Source of the DNA: Phycisphaerales bacterium
GTDB lineage: Bacteria > Planctomycetota > Phycisphaerae > Phycisphaerales > UBA1924
Direction of reading: 5' to 3'
Assembly (NCBI GenBank): GCA_965227775.1
Contig: OZ245777.1
Span: forward strand, 1,504,001-1,568,000
Length of the DNA: 64,000 bases
The position numbers and the translations under genes are program-made. The notes under the pieces were generated by a model. That model saw only the letters and a program-made list of their open reading frames with translations. It was not told where the DNA came from and did no database searches. Of the stretch, positions 57,625 to 64,000 are shown in pieces; the first letter of the stretch is position 1, and each line of letters opens with the position of its first letter.

Positions 57625-60311
57625 GGAGCGTCCTCCAGGGACGGTCCCGGCAGGTCGCGTCCGCCCTCGAGCGACTCAAGCAATCCGGTCAACCTCGTTG
57701 CCCAGGGTTCGGGCGTGCCCGGGTAGAGCAGCAGGTGCTGCCGCAGCGCGTCGATGGCGCGCGGCGCGTCGTTCTCGCCCAGCAAGCGTGCGGACTCGTA
57801 TCGAGCCCGCAGTGCTCCGGCCGAGCCCTCGGGCGCTCCGGCGAGCAAACGGCGCCAGGCGTCGAGCGCATCCGCCGATCGATCCGACAACTCGCTCGCA
57901 TACGCAAATCTCGTAAGCGAGAACGCATCGGATACGTCAGCCGCCTTCAGCCTCCCGTCGATCGCAACGACGAGATCGAGCATCTCGCGACGCTGCTCGT
58001 CCGTGCCGGCTGTTCGGGCCAGCGACCATGCGGCGCGCGCGACGGTGGTGTGCACGCCGTACGCCTGGGGAGTCGCGAGCGTCGCGTCGTCACTGCCCAA
58101 TTCGGCGATGACCGGTCGCCCGAACTCGACAACCTGTCGGGCGTGGCCCGTGTGCTCGGGCGTTTCGCGGAATCGTCCGGCGGCCCACGCGTACATCGCG
58201 CGATCGGCCAGCGCATCGAACACGCCGTCCTCGGCTTCGAACGTCCGCGCGATGCGACGGGCCTCTTGCGAGTCGTCCTTCGCCAGCGCGAGTTGCAGGC
58301 GGCGGAACGCGATTTCCGACTCGATCGACCGCGGCGGCGAGCCTACGCGCAGGCGTAGCTCCTGAACGGTGTCGAGCAAGGACTCGGCTCGCTCGACGTC
58401 CGGCACGGGCGATCCCAGGATGACCTGCAGCATCGCACGCGCGAGCGCGAGCGCACGGTCGGATGCCGATGTGGCCGACTCCAGGTCGCCCGTCGCGGCC
58501 CGGCGGCGATCGATCTGCAAGAGATCGTCGGCGATGGTCAGGTATCGCAGCGCCGCCGCGGAACGAGCATCACCGCTCAGCGATCGGAGCCTGGCGTACA
58601 GCAGCCGCTCCGCTCGCCGGCGGGCGGCCTCGTACAAGGGCGAGTCAGCCTCGACATTCAGCAGGATCTCGATTGCCTTCGGGTCGTTCGCCGACGCCGC
58701 TCCGGCGCGAGCAACCAGCAGCCGTGCGGCCCGCTCCGTGCCCGGAAAGCTCTGCAGGTACAGGGTGACGAGCCGGTCTCGCCGGGCAACCACGCCGTCG
58801 TTTCCCTCGCGGATGGCCGCGTCGAGTGCGACGATGGCGTGCCACAACGCACGCTCGCCCTGGTCTGTGTCGGCGGCGGCCTCGTGTGCACGCTCGAAGC
58901 GATCGGCGGCCTCGAGCATCTCGCCGCCCATATAAGCCGACATCGCCGCGAGCTGCATGGCCTGGGCCCGCTCATCAGGGAAGCGGTCGGCGTCCTCGGC
59001 TTGCAGGGCGGCGTCGAGCGCTCGGACCGCCGACGCGTAAAGATTGGCTACCGCGTCATCGGTTGCAATCTCGCCGTCGGTGTATCCCGCGGCCTCGTAC
59101 GCGTCGGTCGCCCGCTCGTACGCGTTCTGCCCGCGCACGAACGCGAAGATGAATCCCTCGCCTTCGAGTGATGACGTGCCGAACTGCTCGACCAGCGACC
59201 TCAGTACGGCGACCTGATCCTGCCGAACGAGATCCTGGATCGCAGCGTGGGCGATCTCTTCGAGCACCGATTGGTCGCGCGGCGCCAGCCGCTGCCGCGT
59301 GAGCGCCTCCCACGACACGTTCGCCAGGAGCTGCGCCTCCAGCGGTTCGAGTCCTGGCTCGCCATCGGCCCGACGCGAGCGACGCATGCGGTCGCTGTGG
59401 TACGCGAGGTCTCTCCAGCGGCCGGCTTCGCCGAGCACGAGCAAGCGGCAGACAAACAAACGCTCTCGGATGCCCTCGGATAGCGTCGCGGCCGACTCGA
59501 TCTTGTCGATCCACCGGATCGCGGTGTCGGCGTTGCCGAGCAGGCTCTCGCAGAACGCGGCCGCGATCGCCGCGTCTGCGACATGGTCGAAGCGCATCAG
59601 CCGCTCGTCGGCGCGTTCCACGCTCGCAGCCCGGTTTTCTTCGGCCCCGAGCAACACGCCTAGGTCCTTGAGAGCATCCATCGCGTAGCGCTCGCCACCG
59701 GTCATGACGGCCAGGTAGTACCGCGTCCAGCCCAACAGGTAGTGCGCCGTCGAACGTACGCGGGCGGCTGCCTCGTAGGCCTCCTGCTCCTGCTCATCGA
59801 GCCCAACGGCGGTGCGTCGTCGATCGAGCCGGTATGCAGCCTCCGACGCCGTCTGTGCGACTGAAGACAGCTCCGGAGCCAGTGAACGCAGCGTGCGCTC
59901 GGCTTCTTCGAGTTCCTCGGCTGGCACGAGATTCAGCCGAGCCCGCTCGGCAACCTCCTTGGCCCACTGGTATCGCGCGCGCACGAGCGCTAGCCGCAGA
60001 TCGCCGGCGTCCTCTTCGGGCAACTGACGCGTCAGCCGCTGGCCGAGCTGCTCGATGCGTTGCCGCTCGGCCGCGCTTGTCGCCAGACCGAGCAGCTCGA
60101 CGTAGAGCTCGGCGAGCCGCTTGGCGATCGCGCGACGGTCATCGATGGCGGCGTCCTCGAATCGGTACCGCAGGTCGGCGGCTTCTACTTCTCGCAGCTC
60201 GTAGCTCGCCAGGTACTGCTCGAACCGCTGCTCGTCTTGCGCATGCGATGACGCACCGGCCAAGGCCAGCAGCGAGCAGGCGAGCATGGCGGTCCTAGTC
60301 GGCCGGTACAT
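57621..60311 (-). CDS. secreted TPR-like alpha-solenoid protein
   Basis: Signal peptide; AHYLLGWTRYY, YLQSFPGT and LLLYP TPR-like units; overlaps both neighbours. Confidence 0.75.
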   Translation of the reverse strand: MYRPTRTAMLACSLLALAGASSHAQDEQRFEQYLASYELREVEAADLRYRFEDAAIDDRRAIAKRLAELYVELLGLATSAAERQRIEQLGQRLTRQLPEEDAGDLRLALVRARYQWAKEVAERARLNLVPAEELEEAERTLRSLAPELSSVAQTASEAAYRLDRRRTAVGLDEQEQEAYEAAARVRSTAHYLLGWTRYYLAVMTGGERYAMDALKDLGVLLGAEENRAASVERADERLMRFDHVADAAIAAAFCESLLGNADTAIRWIDKIESAATLSEGIRERLFVCRLLVLGEAGRWRDLAYHSDRMRRSRRADGEPGLEPLEAQLLANVSWEALTRQRLAPRDQSVLEEIAHAAIQDLVRQDQVAVLRSLVEQFGTSSLEGEGFIFAFVRGQNAYERATDAYEAAGYTDGEIATDDAVANLYASAVRALDAALQAEDADRFPDERAQAMQLAAMSAYMGGEMLEAADRFERAHEAAADTDQGERALWHAIVALDAAIREGNDGVVARRDRLVTLYLQSFPGTERAARLLVARAGAASANDPKAIEILLNVEADSPLYEAARRRAERLLYARLRSLSGDARSAAALRYLTIADDLLQIDRRRAATGDLESATSASDRALALARAMLQVILGSPVPDVERAESLLDTVQELRLRVGSPPRSIESEIAFRRLQLALAKDDSQEARRIARTFEAEDGVFDALADRAMYAWAAGRFRETPEHTGHARQVVEFGRPVIAELGSDDATLATPQAYGVHTTVARAAWSLARTAGTDEQRREMLDLVVAIDGRLKAADVSDAFSLTRFAYASELSDRSADALDAWRRLLAGAPEGSAGALRARYESARLLGENDAPRAIDALRQHLLLYPGTPEPWATRLTGLLESLEGGRDLPGPSLEDAP

Positions 60312-60705
60312 ACGTCCTCTTTACAAAGCCCGCGTCCAGTGCGTCCTGCATCACGCCGGCGACGGCTGACCACGGCGCGCGGTCGGTCACCCGCACGAAC
60401 AAACCGCCCTCTTTGGGCAGTTGTTCGAGCGCAGCGTTGAGCGAGTCGCGGTCGGCGAACACGCGCGATCCCATGCGAAACGTCACGACACCATCGGTCA
60501 GGTCGACCGTCAGGATCTGGGGCTTGAGGTCTCGCGCCTGCCCCGCGCCGCGCTCGCCCTGCAGGGTCGAGGCCACGCGGCTCTCGGGCGGAGTGATCGT
60601 CGCGGTCACCATGAAGTAGATCAGCAGCAGGAACACCACGTCGATCAGCGGTGTCAGCGGCAGATCGCCTGCTTCGTCGCGATAGCTGGGCGGGCGTACA
60701 CGCAT
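60295..60705 (-). CDS. exbD: ExbD/TolR family biopolymer transporter
   Basis: LTPLIDVVFLLLIYFMVT (conserved TM Asp), D..APW..V..VM.DA..AG. Confidence 0.9.
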   Translation of the reverse strand: MRVRPPSYRDEAGDLPLTPLIDVVFLLLIYFMVTATITPPESRVASTLQGERGAGQARDLKPQILTVDLTDGVVTFRMGSRVFADRDSLNAALEQLPKEGGLFVRVTDRAPWSAVAGVMQDALDAGFVKRTYVPAD

Positions 60706-60708
60706 GGT

Positions 60709-61137
60709 TCAGCCCCGCCCCGATCGGTTGACCGTCGCGTGGCTCCACTGGCGCACGCCCATGTTCGTGAGCCGGCGGGCCAGCTCATTCACAGGGCCAG
60801 CGGCCGTGCCCTGATCGGCTCGAAGCAATACGCGCAGGTTCTCAGGCCCACCCACGCGGTCGGCCTGCTCTTCCACGATCTCGATGACCCGCTCGAGCGA
60901 GCGGGCACGGCCGCTCACAAGGAACACCCCATCGGCGCGCACGTCGATCATGAGCGCATCGGGATCGCTGGTGGTATCTTCCACCCCGGGCTCATCGGGA
61001 AGGTCCACGCTCGTGCGGCTGACCTCGGCGAAGCGCGCCGTGTAAAGGAAGAAGATGATGACCAGCAGAACCACGTCGATCATCGGCGTCATGTTCACCG
61101 TGAATCGCACGCGGGCTGGCTTGGAGCCAAAGAGCAT
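60709..61137 (-). CDS. exbD: ExbD/TolR family biopolymer transporter
   Basis: NMTPMIDVVLLVIIFFL, VDLP, VLLRAD. Confidence 0.9.
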   Translation of the reverse strand: MLFGSKPARVRFTVNMTPMIDVVLLVIIFFLYTARFAEVSRTSVDLPDEPGVEDTTSDPDALMIDVRADGVFLVSGRARSLERVIEIVEEQADRVGGPENLRVLLRADQGTAAGPVNELARRLTNMGVRQWSHATVNRSGRG

Positions 61138-61161
61138 CGGGTCAATCCGTTCGTCGGTCGA

Positions 61162-61964
61162 TTAGCGAGCGCCAGCGCTCGCGCTGGTGGTGGCAGGGGC
61201 GCCGGCCCGGCCCGCGGGCGTGGGCGATTGGCCACCGGCGGGCTTGGCACTCTGGATGCGCGCGGCGAGTTCCTCGGTCAGCTCGGCGATGTTCTGTGCG
61301 AGTGCATCGACGCGGTTTCGGAAGAAGCTGTGCAGCGCCGTCGCGGGGATCGCCACGATCAGGCCCAGCACCGTGGTGATCAGCGCCACTGAGATGCTTG
61401 AGGCCAGGGCCTCGGGCCGGACACCCTCGCTCACGCTGAGCGTCTCGAACGCACCGACGAGGCCGACCACCGTGCCAAGGAGCCCGAGCATCGGGGCGAC
61501 CGCGGCGATCAGGCCCATCGGATCGGTCTTGCGTTGCAGCTTGGCGAATCGCTCTTGGCCCGCTTCCTCGAGCGCGGATCGCAGCTCAAGCAGGCCAAAC
61601 GGCGATCGCAGGCACCGCGTGAGCGCCGCAGCGAACATGCCGGTGAGCAGGCTGCGGTTCTCTTCGGCCTGGCAGAACGCCAGCGCGCCGCGCACGTCGT
61701 TGGCTGCCAGCAGGCGATCGAGCCCCTCGACGATTCGCGGGGGGCGAGACGTGGCAGGCGGATCTCGGCGAACAACCACACCGCCATGAGCACCGCCGTA
61801 AACGACAGCAGGATGATGACGATGCCGATGGGCCCGCCCGACAGGATGTGCTGGAGCAGCGTCTTGCCGTCGTCGGCCGCGGGCTGGGCGGCCGGCGCCG
61901 CCTGTGCAAGCAGGCTGCCGGCGTGGGCAAACATCGAGGCGCACGCGCCCGAAAGAAGCGTCAT
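61162..61964 (-). pseudogene. exbB: MotA/TolQ/ExbB proton channel gene split by a 1-nt frameshift (pseudogene, slippage or sequencing error)
   Basis: N-half (SGGPIGIVIILLSF..RLAP) and C-half (PRIVEGL..APMLGLLGTVVGLVGAF..ISVALITTVLGLIVAIP) lie in different frames; junction at the G6 run 61739-61744. Confidence 0.85.
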
Positions 61965-63127
61965 GGGGTCTCTCCGACCGTAGAAGGTTGCGCCGCCGAA
62001 GCAGCGGCAGAGTCCGAATGCAGCAACGGGGCCACCTCGGGCCACGATAGCACTGGCGACTGTGGGCTTACGCGTGCAAGCTCACCCGCCAGCGAGCGGG
62101 CAACGCGGCCCTGCCCCACCGAGTCCAGGGTGACCGCCGCCTCGGCGAGCGCGATGTCGGCGAGCGCCGGCGAGTCCAGCCGGTGCAGCACGTGCACGCG
62201 GAGGAGCTGTGCCACGCCGCGGAGGCGCTGCTCCTCGTCGTCTTCGAGTACGAGCGATCGCCCGATCGCGGCGCGGATCCATGCGGATAGCCATGGCGAC
62301 GCGGCATTGCCGAGCGCCGCCTCCAGGCGCGCCCGAGCGGATGTCCGAGCCGAAGCGTCGAGCACGCGCGCGGCGACGATGTCTCGCACGAGCTCGCTCG
62401 CGGCTTCGCGCGGCACGTCGGGCAGATCATCAACCACTTGCCCGAGCTCGAAGCGAGCGGCGGCCTGGTACAGCGCACGCATCGCCGATGCCTTGTCGCG
62501 CTCTCCTTCGACCGGCTCAAGCTGCAAAACGAGCTGGAGCGACGGCGTTGCGAGCCACATGGGCGGCAGCATGGGCGCGAGCTCAGATGCCGGATCGATC
62601 ACGATCGGCAGTCCTGCATCGCGTGCCCATTGACGGTTGGCGAACGTCGTGCGCGGCTGGCGGATAATCGAAGCGTCCAGCCAGGCAAGCCAGGGCTCGA
62701 TAGCCGCTGCCGTCGCGCCGCGAGCGAGCCGGCACCGCATCAGGCCCTCGGCAACGACGAGCCCCGTCGGCCCGCGTAACGCACCGCCTGCGCGCACGCG
62801 GTCGAACACGTCCAGCAGCAGGGGTTCGGCGAGCACCAGATCACCGCGCTCGACACGCGCTCTGGCACGCCACGCGTCGGTCGAGAGCTGCTCAAAGGGC
62901 TCGGCTGCCTCGGCGAGCGACGACGGCGGGTGCAGCACGCGATCCCAGCCCACGACGACGACATCGCCCTGCGGCGTCCGCACCTGCACACCTTGGGGGC
63001 CGACGCCCATGACCGTTCCCGTGGGCGGCTGCTCGAACGCGCGCAAGATCAACGCATCGTCCTGCGCCAGCAGAGGCGAGGCGATCGCGAGGAGCAGCGC
63101 CGGCACACGCCGGATCAACACGGCCAC
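61961..63127 (-). CDS. secreted helical/TPR-like hypothetical protein
   Basis: Signal peptide LLLAIASPLLAQ; Ala/Leu-rich helices; ATGA overlap with exbB; start approximate. Confidence 0.7.
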   Translation of the reverse strand: MAVLIRRVPALLLAIASPLLAQDDALILRAFEQPPTGTVMGVGPQGVQVRTPQGDVVVVGWDRVLHPPSSLAEAAEPFEQLSTDAWRARARVERGDLVLAEPLLLDVFDRVRAGGALRGPTGLVVAEGLMRCRLARGATAAAIEPWLAWLDASIIRQPRTTFANRQWARDAGLPIVIDPASELAPMLPPMWLATPSLQLVLQLEPVEGERDKASAMRALYQAAARFELGQVVDDLPDVPREAASELVRDIVAARVLDASARTSARARLEAALGNAASPWLSAWIRAAIGRSLVLEDDEEQRLRGVAQLLRVHVLHRLDSPALADIALAEAAVTLDSVGQGRVARSLAGELARVSPQSPVLSWPEVAPLLHSDSAAASAAQPSTVGETP

Positions 63128-63129
63128 TC

Positions 63130-64000
63130 TCAACGCGGGCCCTCGATGTGCGTGTATGTGCCGCGGGTGGCGGTGGCGATGCGGCGCATGAGCGCCTCTC
63201 CCTCGCGGCTTCGGAACGTGATGCAATGGATCGGAATGTTCCATCGCTCGAAGGCGCCCAGGATGCGGTCGGCCTCGTCGTCGGAAAACTCACCATCGGT
63301 CATGAAGTAGATCGCGTCGGGCCGCGGTTCGAGCATGGCGACGAGTTCGAAGCCGGTTGCCGGCCTCGTGCCGCCCTCGGCCCGCGTCGCCAAGATGTGT
63401 GCTCTTGCCCAGGTCTTGCCGCTATCGGTTGCTTCGGCCCATACCACGCCGCGATCGCCAAGCGGCCGCGCTCCAGAGTTGAAGAACGCGACGAAGAAGT
63501 TCGACGAGCTGAATAGGCCCGTGATCGAGCGGATGAGTTCCTGCTGCAGCGATTGCAGCCGGCCGTCGTTGACCATCGAGCCGGAAGTATCAACAACGAA
63601 CGCGAATCGGTTGCCCCGCGCCTCGACACCGAAGAAGCTGGCCCCGGCCCCGACGCTATCGCCGACACCCAGGCCAACGCCTTCGAGGTCGCCGCCGCCC
63701 AGCTGCAGGGTGACGTCGCCGATCGATTCGGCTAGGTCCGACATGTCGACCTCGAGCGCGCCGAGATCGAGCTCTGCTTCCATCTCGAGCGCTGAGCTGG
63801 CCGAGTCCGCGTCCGGCGCCTCGAGCGCGAGTTCTTCGGCGGCGATCTCGGCGAGCTCGGCGTCGGTCATGACGGCGAAGTCAACCTCGGTCGACGCCGA
63901 GCCAAGCTGCGCCGGCGGCTGGTTCATCTGGATGAGTGCCGCAATCACGAGGATGACCACGTGGACCAGCAGGGACACTGCCGCGCTGCTCGCCGCCAGG
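63130..64000 (-). CDS. membrane-anchored VWA domain protein (5' end outside the window)
   Basis: TM SLLVHVVIL, acidic linker, SFFG, FVVDTSGSM (MIDAS DxSxS), GGT, IYFMTDG, IHCI. Confidence 0.9.
   Translation of the reverse strand, partial: LAASSAAVSLLVHVVILVIAALIQMNQPPAQLGSASTEVDFAVMTDAELAEIAAEELALEAPDADSASSALEMEAELDLGALEVDMSDLAESIGDVTLQLGGGDLEGVGLGVGDSVGAGASFFGVEARGNRFAFVVDTSGSMVNDGRLQSLQQELIRSITGLFSSSNFFVAFFNSGARPLGDRGVVWAEATDSGKTWARAHILATRAEGGTRPATGFELVAMLEPRPDAIYFMTDGEFSDDEADRILGAFERWNIPIHCITFRSREGEALMRRIATATRGTYTHIEGPR

Overview
GC-rich bacterial chromosomal window, most likely from Planctomycetota (Phycisphaerae-like). The lineage call is inferred from DUF1559/H-X9-DG prepilin-like proteins, C-terminally extended ECF sigma factors and many secreted proteins with a Cys-bracketed dockerin-like 'DFLAFQNxFDxGC' tail. 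About 55 CDS and one tRNA-Glu(TTC) can be supported. Housekeeping genes: astB, astC/astA/astD, transketolase, tmk, RluA-family synthase, MnmE-like GTPase, UbiD-family decarboxylase, dacB, rpmI-rplT and a tRNA-binding protein. Accessory content: a tandem cluster of secreted LVIVD/FG-GAP repeat proteins, three ECF sigma loci, and a long VWA-TPR-ExbB-ExbD-ExbD-TPR operon whose exbB carries a homopolymer frameshift. No integrase, transposase or CRISPR array is visible. The most unusual signals are: (i) a degenerate 21-nt-period array (about 13 units, core (GT)GCAC) directly upstream of an uncharacterised helical + Fn3-like gene (17464-18648); (ii) a putative anti-sigma factor fused to a pilin-like domain; (iii) the ExbBD/VWA/TPR operon with no visible TonB/TolA; (iv) the shared dockerin-like tail and duplicated promoters in the secreted-protein cluster. 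All functional calls rest on motif recognition only; no searches were run.
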